DNA of 64,000 nucleotides from assembly GCA_963827985.1 (NCBI GenBank), contig CAWHDI010000043.1:2401-66400 (forward strand). Reading direction: 5' to 3'. The notes under the pieces were generated by a model that was not told the origin of the DNA, made no database searches, and saw only the letters and a list, made by a program, of their open reading frames with translations. Positions 40,877 to 51,181 of this stretch are shown piece after piece. The translations under genes and the position numbers were made by a program. This stretch comes from an uncultured Chloroflexia bacterium (GTDB lineage Bacteria; Chloroflexota; Dehalococcoidia; GIF9; UBA5629). The stretch's first letter is position 1, and each line of letters opens with the position of its first letter.

Positions 40877-42041
40877 ATGGCAAACTCTTTCACACTAATA
40901 ACAATTTATATGGTGGCATTTACCGGATTTGCCGGCTTCAGCTGGCTTTCAGTTGTTACGCCCTATTATTTTTCCAGTCTCGGAATCAGTGTCTCAGATA
41001 TCGGCCTGATGATTGCGCTATATGCTTATGTAAACGCCGCAGGCATGTTCCCCTGCAGCATGCTCTCAGAAAGATGGGGACGGCGTAAATTCCTGATTGC
41101 CGGCCTTATTATCGCTACCATCGCTCCTCTTCTCTATCCTTTGACCAAGGATATCTGGGCACTTTACCTGATATGCGTTCTGCACGGCCTGGGATCAACG
41201 CTTTTCGTGCCGACTGCACTGGCAGTAGTAACCGAACTATCCGAACCAGGCGAATTCGGCAGGTCAATCGGCTGGTACTCGGCCTCGGCACAACTTGGCT
41301 TAATGGCGGGACCAATTGCAGGAGGGTTCATCCTGCAGCAGTTTGGCTTTGTGGCGGCCTACGCGAGCTGCGGTTTCATGCCGCTGGTGGCACTGATATT
41401 CGTTTTGATCAGGATGCGCCATATCCCGGTGAGAATGCCGGACAACCAGGCGCCACAAACTCAATCATGGGGACTGGCTGGCTAATCCTGGAACACTAGT
41501 CAGCATACTCTGCCTGATAATGATCGCTGTCGGAGCAAGTTCGTTGAATACTTTTATCCCCCTTTATGTCAAGGGATTTGGGATTAATGAGGTTGTGGCC
41601 GGACTCATAATCACCGCTTGTTACGCCAGTTCGGCTGCACTGCGAATACCCTCAGGTACACTAGCTGATAAATTTGGCAACGCCCCCCTGGTACTGGTCG
41701 GAACTGCCCTGAGCGGCGGCGCCATTGCGCTGATAGCTATATTCAATATTGACTACCAGATTGCGATCGCGGCCCTTTTATTCGGTGTCGGTATCGGGTT
41801 CGCCATGCCATCGTCCCTGGCCTGGATGGCCAGGATATCGCCCGTGGAAAAAAGGGGCATGGCCATGGGGCTCGGTTCGGCCGCCTACCAGGTTGGGCTG
41901 GCGGTGGGCGCAACGGCATTAGGAGCCGTGGCACAGAACAACGGCTACCCTTTCATGTACCTGTCCGTCGCAGGAGCAATAGGCCTGAGCGCGCTCATAA
42001 TGGTTGTGTGCTTGAAAACCGGCAGACGCCCTGCCATCTAG
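40877..42041 (+). CDS. MFS transporter; indel near 41475
   Basis: SERWGRRK in the first half, LADKFG and EKRGMAMG in the second half, which is in a different frame. Confidence 0.85.
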
Positions 42042-42137
42042 CCGCTTGACAACTCAGCACCGCACAGGTATTTTTATGGACGCTCACGTCCCCGTTATGT
42101 CCGCGCAGTGCCTAAATATATTAAAGGAGTGTGACAA

Positions 42138-42914
42138 ATGCAGTTTCAAACGCTTGCCTATACCGAGAAGGACGGCATCCTACATGTCAAGTTCAACAGG
42201 CCGGAGAAGAGAAATGCGGTCAGCCCGCAGTTGGTAAAGGACCTCAAAGTATGTTTTGACGAGGTGGCATCGGCACCCAGCGTTAAGGTGGTCCTGCTGT
42301 CAGGTGAGGGCAAGGGATTTTGCGCGGGAACCGACCTCAATTCTTTCCAGGCCGGAGACGCTCAGAATATCCGCAAGTTCGTGCGTGCTTTTCAGAGCGC
42401 GTTTACAGAGATCGAATTATGCGAAAAGCCGGTCATAGCCCTGATTCACAACTTCTGCTTTGGCGCAGCCCTTGAAATAGCCCTGGCCTGCGACCTCAGG
42501 ATTTGCACTCCTGATGCCAGGTTCAATATACCCGAGATCAATATGGGCATGGTCCCGGACGGCGGCGGAAGCCAGAGGCTCCCCCGAGTTGTCGGCGTCG
42601 GCAGGGCCAAGGAACTGATACTGACCGGCAAGACTATCGACGCCCAAAAGGCCGAAAAATGGGGCCTGGTGAACGAAATCGTTGCAGTTGAGGACCTCGA
42701 AAAGACGGGCATTGCCTGGGCGAAAGAGATTATGAGCCATGGACCGATAGCTGTAGGCCTTTCCAAGCGCAACGTTGATATGAGCATGAATATGAGCATA
42801 TGGGACGGCCTGGAGTGCGCCGGGTTGTCACAGACCATCTGCTTCTCCGACCCCAACTTCCTCAAGAACATCGAGAGGCGTTTCAATGAGCAGGTCAAGA
42901 ATAAAAAGAGCTGA
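42138..42914 (+). CDS. Enoyl-CoA hydratase/isomerase family
   Basis: FNRPEKRNA, FCAGTDL, CFGAALEIALACDLR and PEINMGMVPDGGG. Confidence 0.92.
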   Translation: MQFQTLAYTEKDGILHVKFNRPEKRNAVSPQLVKDLKVCFDEVASAPSVKVVLLSGEGKGFCAGTDLNSFQAGDAQNIRKFVRAFQSAFTEIELCEKPVIALIHNFCFGAALEIALACDLRICTPDARFNIPEINMGMVPDGGGSQRLPRVVGVGRAKELILTGKTIDAQKAEKWGLVNEIVAVEDLEKTGIAWAKEIMSHGPIAVGLSKRNVDMSMNMSIWDGLECAGLSQTICFSDPNFLKNIERRFNEQVKNKKS

Positions 42915-42935
42915 GGCCTGCCAGGGTCAATCTCA

Positions 42936-43469
42936 ATGAAAGTGATCTTGCACGTCTGTTGCGGCGTCTGCGCGGCGGGCGCCGCCAGCGTGCTTCTGTC
43001 TGAAAATCACGAGGTAACGGGCTACTTCTATAATCCCAATATTTACCCCGAAGACGAATACCAGCGCAGGCTGGATGCTGCGGCCAAAACCGCCCGGCAC
43101 CTGGGATTCGATCTAATTGAGGGGCCTTATGATGCTTCGGCCTGGCTGTCTGAGACGGAGGCCCTCAAACATGAGCCGGAAGGCGGCAAGCGCTGTGCGA
43201 TTTGCTACCGGATCAGGCTGCAGAAATCATATGAATTCATGATCGAAAAAGGCTTCGACGACTTCACTTCGACCCTTACCATCAGCCCGCATAAATCTGC
43301 CCTGATCATTAACGCCATCGGAGCAGAGATCGGCGGAGACAAATTCATGGCCAGGGACTTCAAGAAAAAGGAAGGCTTTAAGAGAGCTACCGAAATGGCA
43401 AAGCGCTGGGAACTTTACCGTCAAAATTACTGCGGCTGCATATTCAGCCGGGAAGGAGGACACCGTTGA
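42936..43469 (+). CDS. queH: Epoxyqueuosine reductase QueH (DUF208)
   Basis: LHVCCGVC, FYNPNIYP, PEGGKRCAICY.IRL, STLTISPHK and YRQNYCGCIFS. Confidence 0.92.
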   Translation: MKVILHVCCGVCAAGAASVLLSENHEVTGYFYNPNIYPEDEYQRRLDAAAKTARHLGFDLIEGPYDASAWLSETEALKHEPEGGKRCAICYRIRLQKSYEFMIEKGFDDFTSTLTISPHKSALIINAIGAEIGGDKFMARDFKKKEGFKRATEMAKRWELYRQNYCGCIFSREGGHR

Positions 43470-44029
43470 GCAAATGGCCGACCAGGGAAGAAGCCGAACA
43501 GATACTGGACGAATGGGTCGCCAACAAGAACTTGAAAAAGCACGCCTGGGCCGTGGAAGCCGCAATGAGAGGCTATGCCGTTAAGCTTAGAGCGGATCCT
43601 GAAAAGTGGGGCGCCGTCGGCCTGCTGCACGATTTCGACTACGAAAAATATCCGGATTTAAAGGACCACCCGTTCAGGGGAGCCGATTGGCTGAAAAGCC
43701 AGGCGTATTCGGAAGAGTTGATAGAAGGCGTCCTCGCCCACGCTGAGCATACCGGTACAACCAGGGATACGGAGCTGAAGAAAGTGATTTATGCCGTAGA
43801 TGAGTTGACCGGCCTGATAATAGCAGTGGCGCTCACACGCCCTTCTAAAAAGCTGGCTGACGTAACCGTTGAAGCCGTGATGAAGAAATGGAAGGAGAAA
43901 TCTTTTGCAGCTGGCGTGGACCGTCAAATGATAGAGAAAGGCGCCGCCGAATTGGGCGTGCCGCTGCAGGAGCATGTTTCCATAGTTCTTGGGGCCATGC
44001 AGGGTATCAGTGACAGGCTCGGACTGTAA
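43466..44029 (+). CDS. HDIG-domain metal-dependent phosphohydrolase
   Basis: LKKHAWAVEAAM, GLLHDFDYE, AVDELTGLI and FAAGVDR. Confidence 0.88.
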   Translation: MSKWPTREEAEQILDEWVANKNLKKHAWAVEAAMRGYAVKLRADPEKWGAVGLLHDFDYEKYPDLKDHPFRGADWLKSQAYSEELIEGVLAHAEHTGTTRDTELKKVIYAVDELTGLIIAVALTRPSKKLADVTVEAVMKKWKEKSFAAGVDRQMIEKGAAELGVPLQEHVSIVLGAMQGISDRLGL

Positions 44030-44031
44030 AA

Positions 44032-44239
44032 TCAGCCGCGTTTCTTCTGCTGCAGGGCTACAAACCTTTCGATAGACCGGTCATAGGTGCGCTCTGACTT
44101 CCGGAGAAAAGAAACAGGCGGGCAGTTCGCCCGAATCCCGGTGATAGCTCACGCACTCGCAGCAAATGCCTTTGCGCGGGCACGGTTCGTAAGTGCAATT
44201 GCACTTCGTTTTATTCTTGTCCACTTTGCATTCTTTCAT
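44032..44239 (-). CDS. Small Cys-rich protein, DUF6485-like (missed by ORF track; one indel near 44090)
   Basis: Manual translation gives [48 protein letters not shown], then after a frame change [27 protein letters not shown]. Confidence 0.75.
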
Positions 44240-44259
44240 TCAGATTCTCCAACCTGATT

Positions 44260-44742
44260 CTAGTCAAGGCGGCATATTGCTGAGGACGGCCGCGGCTTCA
44301 CCTCAAATTTGATGCCGGCTTCCTTGAATAACTCCACGAAGGCATCATCGGCATATTTTCCGAAGGTGACAAAGCGTTTAATGCGGGCGTTAACCAGCAT
44401 TTTGGCGCAAAGAATACACGGGCTGTGAGTGCAATAAAGGATTGCGCCTTCCATACTGACGCCATGCAGCGACGCCTGGATAATGGCGTTCTGCTCCGCG
44501 TGAATGCCACGACAAATCTCATGGCGAGTGCCCGAGGGAATTTTCAGCTCATCCCGAAGGCAACCGAGCTCCAGGCAGTCCTTAACGCCGGCAGCCGCGC
44601 CGTTATAGCCCGTGGACAGAATGTGCTTATCCCTGACAGCGACGGCGCCCACATGATGACGCTCGCATGTTGCCCTCTCGGCCACAACACAGGCTATCTT
44701 GAGGAAATATTCGTCGAGCGACGGCCTTATGACTTTTTTCAT
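44260..44742 (-). CDS. dCMP deaminase (cytidine/deoxycytidylate deaminase family)
   Basis: ERATC.RHHVGAV, TGYNGA, HAEQNAI and HSPCILC zinc motifs. Confidence 0.92.
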   Translation of the reverse strand: MKKVIRPSLDEYFLKIACVVAERATCERHHVGAVAVRDKHILSTGYNGAAAGVKDCLELGCLRDELKIPSGTRHEICRGIHAEQNAIIQASLHGVSMEGAILYCTHSPCILCAKMLVNARIKRFVTFGKYADDAFVELFKEAGIKFEVKPRPSSAICRLD

Positions 44743-45281
44743 TTCGTTGCCTTAATTATATGGACGGTCTGATCTATAAGCGACTCCAGCGTCGAGTCAT
44801 TCTTGATAGTATAATCAGCCATAGCTATGGGACCGCCTTTATTAACATTTTCAATTTCTGCGAAATCCCTGGCTTTGGCCTGCTCTGGAGAAAGCGGCCT
44901 GATTTTTCGCCTTTGCAGTCTTGAGTAACGTAAACGGGGCGGCGCCCACACGGCTATTATTTCAAAATTCTTGATCGAGTTTCCCTGTCAGGTATTTATA
45001 TTCTTCCCAGGAGTAAAGCCCGTCAAGGACTACATTCGACGACTTAAGAGCGGTTTCAATCCTCGGCAAATTCAGGATGGCATAAGCGGCCATTCCATGA
45101 TGCAACCTCATCTCCTCCCGGACTGATTTCTCGTTCTCTTCATTTAACTCCAAACCCCTCTTTTGACTTCTTCGTCCGTCACATCGCCAAACCTGATGGT
45201 CTTGTAGCCATTCTTTTCAAAAACTTTTGCCACTTCGGATTTTCCCGAGCCGGGCATGCCTACCAACGCAACTATTCTCAT
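44739..45281 (-). CDS. P-loop kinase, dephospho-CoA kinase/UPF0200-like; about 2 indels
   Basis: Manual translation gives [18 protein letters not shown] (Walker A), then [12 protein letters not shown] and [20 protein letters not shown] in other frames. Confidence 0.75.
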
Positions 45282-45536
45282 CAGGCAATTACCTATTTAT
45301 ATAGCCCATCTCTAACGACAGCCAATTATAGAGAAAAGAAGCTGCGACTGGCAATAATTGCGTCAGCAAAGGCGCTGATAAACAGGTAAAGGGAGCGGAA
45401 AGCTGTTTAAGATGAAAAAACAGGCAGTTCTTAGTAGACAGTCGCCTGCACAATTTTTTGCTACTTTTTTGAACTATTTTACGATCATTTTAGCAAAAAT
45501 TTTCCATTTATACTTGCATCAAACGTGGCCCCATAC

Positions 45537-45565
45537 TTGACAAGCTTCAAACAATCAACTATTCT
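45537..45565 (+). promoter_or_regulatory. Sigma70 promoter of the DUF5679 mini-gene
   Basis: TTGACA (45537-45542), 17 nt, TATTCT (45560-45565). Confidence 0.75.
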
Positions 45566-45592
45566 AATCGTAAATACATAGGAGGTAAGTAC

Positions 45593-45733
45593 ATGGAAGC
45601 TTATTGCATGAAATGCAGGGCCAAGAGGGAAATGAAAAATGCCAAGGCCATTAAAATGAAGAATGGCAAACCGGCAACCCAGGGCGTCTGCGCAAAATGC
45701 GGCACCAAGATGTTCCGCATCGGCAAAGCGTAA
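45593..45733 (+). CDS. 46-aa basic zinc-ribbon protein, DUF5679-like (below ORF track cut-off)
   Basis: MEAYCMKCRAKREMKNAKAIKMKNGKPATQGVCAKCGTKMFRIGKA, with AGGAGGT RBS. Confidence 0.88.
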   Translation: MEAYCMKCRAKREMKNAKAIKMKNGKPATQGVCAKCGTKMFRIGKA

Positions 45734-45756
45734 CCAAGGTATAAGCTAACATTTGC

Positions 45757-45798
45757 GAAGCAAAGGCAGCAGGTGCTGCCTTTGCTTCATTTGTTTTT
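45757..45798. terminator. Intrinsic terminator
   Basis: 14-bp stem GAAGCAAAGGCAGC / GCTGCCTTTGCTTC followed by a T-rich run. Confidence 0.85.
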
Positions 45799-45816
45799 GT
45801 ATGGTCGTATACGGCT

Positions 45817-47118
45817 CTAGCGGCTCAAGATTCCTTTTTTGACATAGGCGTCATGTACCTGGTCCCTGATCGATGAAAACTTCCAGGCAAATGCCGCAGC
45901 CCCAACTATGCAAAGAATCCCGCCGATAAGAAAAGTCAGGGGCGTACCGATAACATTCGCCAACCCTCCATAAAGCAAACTCCCAAAAGGCGAAAGCCCC
46001 ATGAACGCCATAACATATATGCTCATCACCCGACCTCGTTTATCGTCATCCGCAATTGACTGAAGAAAAGTATTACAGGAAGCCATCATCGACACCATTC
46101 CAAAACCAGCAAGGGACATTGTGAGCATCGAGAGCCACAATACTCTGGTGAAAGAGACAAGGATAAGCCCCACCCCAAATAAGGCTCCTGCCAGCACGAT
46201 TATTTTCCCCAGGCCCAGCACATTCTTGCGGGAGGCCATATAGATGGCCCCAACCAACGCGCCAATACCTACACCTGCTGTGAGGAAACCCAGCGTGCTG
46301 GCCTCACCGTGAAGCACATCTTTGGCAAAAACCGGCAGCAGCACTGCATAGGGCATTGCTACCAAACTGGAGAAGGTAAGCAGCAGGATTATGTACCGTA
46401 TCGGCGGGAAACCGAAGGAGTAAACGACCCCTTCCTTCATACCTTTCAGAAAGTCCGGATGATCGACGGCGGTTTCCCTGGGAAGCAGTTTCATTGCCAG
46501 CAGACAAGCTATCACAGCGATAAAACTCAGGCCGTTCAGTAAGAAGCACAGCCCTTCGCCTATGGTTGCAACCAGCAATCCCGCTACTGCAGGGCCTATG
46601 AGCCTGGCTCCGTTGAATAAAGAGGAGTTCAGCGCTATGGCATTCCCCAGGTCTGCCCTGTCTTCGACCATCTCCACAACAAATGACTGGCGAGTTGGCA
46701 TGTCAAAGGCATTTATAGTGCCAAGCGCCATGCTCAAGATAACCAAATTCCATACGGCTGCCTGATTTGTAAGAACAACAGCAGCTAATATCAGTGCCTG
46801 AACCATAGCAAGCGACTGAGTAAACAAAAGGATACGGTGACGGTTCAACCGGTCAACGAGCACACCTGCAAACGGCGCCACCGCAAAGCTGCAGATCAGG
46901 CCGGAAAATGAAACCACGCCCAAAAGGAAAGCCGAATTCGTCAGGCTATAGACCAGCCAACTCATAGCCACCTGCTGCATCCAGGTCCCAATCAAGGATA
47001 TGCCCTGTCCGATATAGAAAAGGCGGTAATTTCGTGAACGCAACGCCCGAAATACACGGGACAGACCGGCAGGATCGCTGCCGGCGGCGCCAGGCAAGGG
47101 TTTTTTCGGCGAAAACAT
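45817..47118 (-). CDS. MFS transporter (macrolide/enterobactin exporter-like, DHA3)
   Basis: FRALRSRNYRL..GQGISLIGTWMQ, DMPTRQS, NAIALNS and DDDKRGRVMS. Confidence 0.9.
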   Translation of the reverse strand: MFSPKKPLPGAAGSDPAGLSRVFRALRSRNYRLFYIGQGISLIGTWMQQVAMSWLVYSLTNSAFLLGVVSFSGLICSFAVAPFAGVLVDRLNRHRILLFTQSLAMVQALILAAVVLTNQAAVWNLVILSMALGTINAFDMPTRQSFVVEMVEDRADLGNAIALNSSLFNGARLIGPAVAGLLVATIGEGLCFLLNGLSFIAVIACLLAMKLLPRETAVDHPDFLKGMKEGVVYSFGFPPIRYIILLLTFSSLVAMPYAVLLPVFAKDVLHGEASTLGFLTAGVGIGALVGAIYMASRKNVLGLGKIIVLAGALFGVGLILVSFTRVLWLSMLTMSLAGFGMVSMMASCNTFLQSIADDDKRGRVMSIYVMAFMGLSPFGSLLYGGLANVIGTPLTFLIGGILCIVGAAAFAWKFSSIRDQVHDAYVKKGILSR

Positions 47119-47308
47119 AACGTATTATTTTAATACAATTTAATATAATACAATATGCCGGTGTAACAGAATTGACAGCCAGACAACGCCGCAAAAAGGT
47201 GAAGACGCCTATTAAGTACATTAATTTGTAACATGATTTGCCGCTATTTTATGATTTCTCAATCTTTTTTACATTAGTATTAAGAGGGTATTTCTGAGGA
47301 GGTTGTTG

Positions 47309-48191
47309 ATGAAGAAGGTATTGTTCTTGCTTATCATTGCACTGCTTACGGCAGGAGGCTGCATTTATTATGCGTGCGAACCCTTCGACGGCACTGCCGC
47401 CGGTTATAAACGCTTTCTCTGCAAACCCTGTAAGCATCTCTGCTGGAGGGTCCGCAACGCTTACATGGGATGTTTCCGGCGTCACTGGAGTCTATATTGA
47501 CCAGGGCATCGGCAATGTCGGCCCTTCGGGCTCGCAAATAGTTTCACCCACGTCTACAACAAGCTATACGATAACGGCCAGCAATGCTTATGGAATTCGC
47601 ACCGCACAAACACAGGTGCTTGTCACCAACCCGGTTGCCACCAGTTTGCCGGTGATCACCCAGTTCTACGCCGCCCCCACTTCCATCGATCCGGGCGGAG
47701 GATACAGCACCCTTTACTGGAATGTCACCGGCGCAACGTCCGTAACGATAAGCAGTGTCGGCACTGTCGGCCCCTCTGGCAAACAGGATGTGTATCCTAT
47801 TGTGACAACAACATATAATATGACAGCCACAAACTCCTACGGGACGACAACGGCCTCAACACAGGTGATTGTGGGCGGCTCGTCTTACGGGTCATCCGGC
47901 GGCAATGGACAGCCTGTAGTTGAAATATTCAGGGCCAGACCCGACGTCATCCGGTTCGGGGACACGACCACATTAATGTGGACAGTCACCGGCAGCACTT
48001 CGGTATATATTACGGGCCTTGGCAACGTAGCTGCGACGGGAAGCGTGCTGGTACATCCTTATTCAACCACTAACTACACGATCTCGGCTACAAATGCGTA
48101 CGGTACCACGAATTCAAATGCGCTGATAACCGTAACGGAGTCGCCGTATCCGCCATACCCGCCTACGCCGCCAAACATACCGTATTACTAG
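47309..48191 (+). CDS. Putative lipoprotein with three PKD/Ig-like repeats; indel near 47370-47395
   Basis: Lipobox-like LLTAGGC, then three repeats of about 85 aa of the form PVI..F.A.P..I..G...TL.W.V.G...V.P..TT.Y...A.N.YG, and a Pro/Tyr tail. Confidence 0.7.
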
Positions 48192-48241
48192 TTAAGTGAG
48201 ACTGGGGACGGCTTATCGCGTTGGTGCGCTCCGTCCCCCGC

Positions 48242-49654
48242 CTACCTCGATTTACCCCTGGCAAGCGAAGCAAATATACCGCCGAAGCACAGGATTGCAA
48301 AGACTATAAAAGCCGTCCTGCTGCTTGAAAGGAAAGCCGGATAGTTCTGCGGCGCTATCTGCACCTGTCCTATAAACAGGGCAAACATAATCATTACTAT
48401 ACCCAGGCTGAGCATCTGCCCGACCAGGCGCATGGTGGCAAGAGTTCCGGAAGCAACTCCATAGAAATTCTTTTCGACGGAGGACATAATGGCATTTGTA
48501 TTGGGCGAAGAGAAGAGTCCGAAACCCACTCCCACGACGACCTGGCTGATAATAATGAAGCTCAACTGTGTGCCCTGATCCAGAAAAATGAGCATAACCA
48601 ACCCAACGGTTGTCAATGCCATTCCAACAGTGGCAATCAGCCTGGGCTGGACCCGGTCGGAAAGCCGTCCGGCAATGGGTGACAGAACGGCCATCATAAC
48701 GGGTTGGCCCAGCAGGATGAGCCCGGTAGTTTCCGGGCTGAACCCTTTTACGTATTGCAAATACAGGCTCAAAAGGAAGCCGATGGCATAAGTGGCGCTG
48801 TAATTTATCAACGCAGCCACGTTCGACATCGAGAATACCGTGCTTTTTCTAAAGAGGTCCATATGCAACACCGGACTTTGGACCTTGCTTTCCCAGAGGA
48901 CGAAGGCTATCAGCCCGGCAATGCCCAGTCCAACCAGCGCCAGGCCCCAGAGGTCGGGCAAAAGCGTGAAACCGTACATGAGCGCCAGCAGGGACGCACC
49001 GTAAATCACAGAACCCGCCATATCGAATTTCTCTCCCCTGGCTCCCGCCCATTCGCCGCGCAGCTTCCAGAAGACGACGATTATTATCGCCAGTCCTATC
49101 AAGGCGTCCACGGCGAAAATACTTCTCCATCCCCAATATTGCGTGAGAAGCCCGCTGGCCGGCGGACCCAGGGAAAGTCCCACGTAAACGGCCGCGGCGT
49201 TCAGCCCCAGCGCCTTGCCTCTCTCAGACAAAGGAAATACTGAAGTTACAATTGCCACGCCCGTGCCGAAAATCATGGCTCCGCCAATTCCTTGAAGGAC
49301 CCGGAAGGCGATGAGCAGGGAACCCGACGGGGCCAGCGCCGCACATATGGATGCAATGGCGTCAATGATGATGCCGTACGTGAAAATCCTTTTTCTGCCG
49401 GTTATATCGGCAAGCCTCCCAAAGGGGACAAGAAAAATTGCGGCAGCCAGGAGGTACGCTGTTACTATCCAGCCCAGCGTAATTGCATCGAGGCCAAATT
49501 CTTTGTCGATAGACGGCAAGGCCACGCTGACCGACGACCCGATGAACGGGGTTAGGAAAGAAGCCATCACGGCAACGGTCAGCGCAGCCCCTTTGCTCAC
49601 GCCGGAGCTTCCTTCGCTGTTCTCAGGTGATATCACTGCTTGCTGATCTCTCAT
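48242..49654 (-). CDS. MFS drug:H+ antiporter (DHA2/EmrB-QacA)
   Basis: 14-TM pattern, GRLADITGRKR, FRVLQGIGGA, ERGKALG and SSPNTNAIM. Confidence 0.92.
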   Translation of the reverse strand: MRDQQAVISPENSEGSSGVSKGAALTVAVMASFLTPFIGSSVSVALPSIDKEFGLDAITLGWIVTAYLLAAAIFLVPFGRLADITGRKRIFTYGIIIDAIASICAALAPSGSLLIAFRVLQGIGGAMIFGTGVAIVTSVFPLSERGKALGLNAAAVYVGLSLGPPASGLLTQYWGWRSIFAVDALIGLAIIIVVFWKLRGEWAGARGEKFDMAGSVIYGASLLALMYGFTLLPDLWGLALVGLGIAGLIAFVLWESKVQSPVLHMDLFRKSTVFSMSNVAALINYSATYAIGFLLSLYLQYVKGFSPETTGLILLGQPVMMAVLSPIAGRLSDRVQPRLIATVGMALTTVGLVMLIFLDQGTQLSFIIISQVVVGVGFGLFSSPNTNAIMSSVEKNFYGVASGTLATMRLVGQMLSLGIVMIMFALFIGQVQIAPQNYPAFLSSSRTAFIVFAILCFGGIFASLARGKSR

Positions 49655-49794
49655 AGATATATAAATGCTGAATATACTGCTTTCACGTAAAAGAAGCAAA
49701 ATGCTGAGTTATAAATACTGGCAAAGCAGGAAGGCAGCTTTGACGGGTCAATGCACTAAACGAACTCAGCGGAGAATCGATGGGGAGAGCAATC

Positions 49795-51000
49795 CTATTC
49801 ATGTCTGAGGGATTGTATAGGGTCCATGCGGGCAGCCCTGACTGCGGGGTATGTGCCGGACAGGAGACCTGTCCCAACAGATACGGAGAGAGCAATGATG
49901 ATGATAGCCGGAGAAACCTGTGGAGAGACGGTGAAATTACCCACATTGACATGGCCTATCAACATGGTACCGGCGATGGCGGCTACCATGCCGACGAGGC
50001 CGCCGGTGATGCTAAGCAGGGCGGCCTCAATTAGAAACTGGAGCAGGATGTCCTGCCGCCTGGCGCCGATGGCTTTGCGGATGCCTATCTCACGCGTGCG
50101 CTCCGTTACCGAAACGAGCATTATATTCATAATTCCGATGCCTCCAACCACCAGAGATATAGCGCCGACACTGCCCATGAAAAGCGAGAAAGCGGCCAAA
50201 GTTTGCTGCATACTGTTCAACGTCTGACGATTGTCGGTAATGCTGAAATCATCGGGCGCTCCGGGCTCAATATAGTGCCTCGCCCTCAGAACAGCAGTAA
50301 CCTCGGCAATAGCTGAATCCACCAGGTTGGAGTTTATCGCCTTAATGCCAATCTGCTGTATGACATCGCCGCCAACGAGGTCCGACTGCATGGTTGACAG
50401 CGGTATAAGGACATAACTGTCTCCGGCAAAACCTCCCAACTTTTTCAGGGTTCCTACCACCTGAAACCTCATACCTTGAACGCGGATATCATTACCCTGC
50501 GGAGACTGGGTCCCGAAAAGGTCGATGGCGGCCTGGTAACCGAGGACAGCCACAGTTGCTCTCTGGGAAACATCCTGGTCTGTGATGAACCTTCCCTGGT
50601 CCACCTGATACGACCTGATCTGGCCTATGGCCGGCTCCACCCCCATGACCGTCTCCGTTGCATCATTCTCAGCATATGATACCGTCGTCCTGGTACTCCG
50701 CGTAGGAGAGACTACGCTCAGCGATGGGACCAGCGTTTTATCCTCAAGAGCCGCAACGTCCTCATTTGTGAGCGGGCGTATTGTTATTACATTCTGGGAG
50801 GGAGTACTGGATATAAACAATGCGCTGGCGCCCAGACTGTTGAACGTGTCCGTAATTGAGGCTTGCAGGCCCTGTCCAAGAGCTACCAGCAGAACTACAG
50901 CAAACACCCCGATCACAATGCCCAGCATTGTAAGCGCGGATCTCAACTTGCTTGCAGAAATGGATTGCCAGGCCGTCTTAATGCTTTCCCAAATGCTCAT
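49795..51000 (-). CDS. ABC transporter permease, MacB/FtsX family
   Basis: LRSALTMLGIVIGV, GGIGIMNIMLVSVTERTREIGIRKAIGA and YPAVRAARMDPI. Confidence 0.93.
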   Translation of the reverse strand: MSIWESIKTAWQSISASKLRSALTMLGIVIGVFAVVLLVALGQGLQASITDTFNSLGASALFISSTPSQNVITIRPLTNEDVAALEDKTLVPSLSVVSPTRSTRTTVSYAENDATETVMGVEPAIGQIRSYQVDQGRFITDQDVSQRATVAVLGYQAAIDLFGTQSPQGNDIRVQGMRFQVVGTLKKLGGFAGDSYVLIPLSTMQSDLVGGDVIQQIGIKAINSNLVDSAIAEVTAVLRARHYIEPGAPDDFSITDNRQTLNSMQQTLAAFSLFMGSVGAISLVVGGIGIMNIMLVSVTERTREIGIRKAIGARRQDILLQFLIEAALLSITGGLVGMVAAIAGTMLIGHVNVGNFTVSPQVSPAIIIIALSVSVGTGLLSGTYPAVRAARMDPIQSLRHE

Positions 51001-51181
51001 CCCTTCCGACTCCACACTAACATCTATATAAATGATAGCCAAAAGGGATTGCAAAGTAATAAATTGAACAAGAAAAAAGTGGAAAAGTTGTGGCATTTTA
51101 ATAATTGACAATCAGCCAGCCCGGTTTTAGCATTACTTGAGATAGGCATTTTGAAGCGGGCCAAGCGCAAACCGTGGGAAA

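Noticed and set aside
45412-45540. 42-codon ORF (MKKQAVLS...) in the AT-rich region upstream of the DUF5679 gene
   Set aside because: No well-placed RBS or motif, and it overlaps the downstream promoter, so it is probably non-coding.
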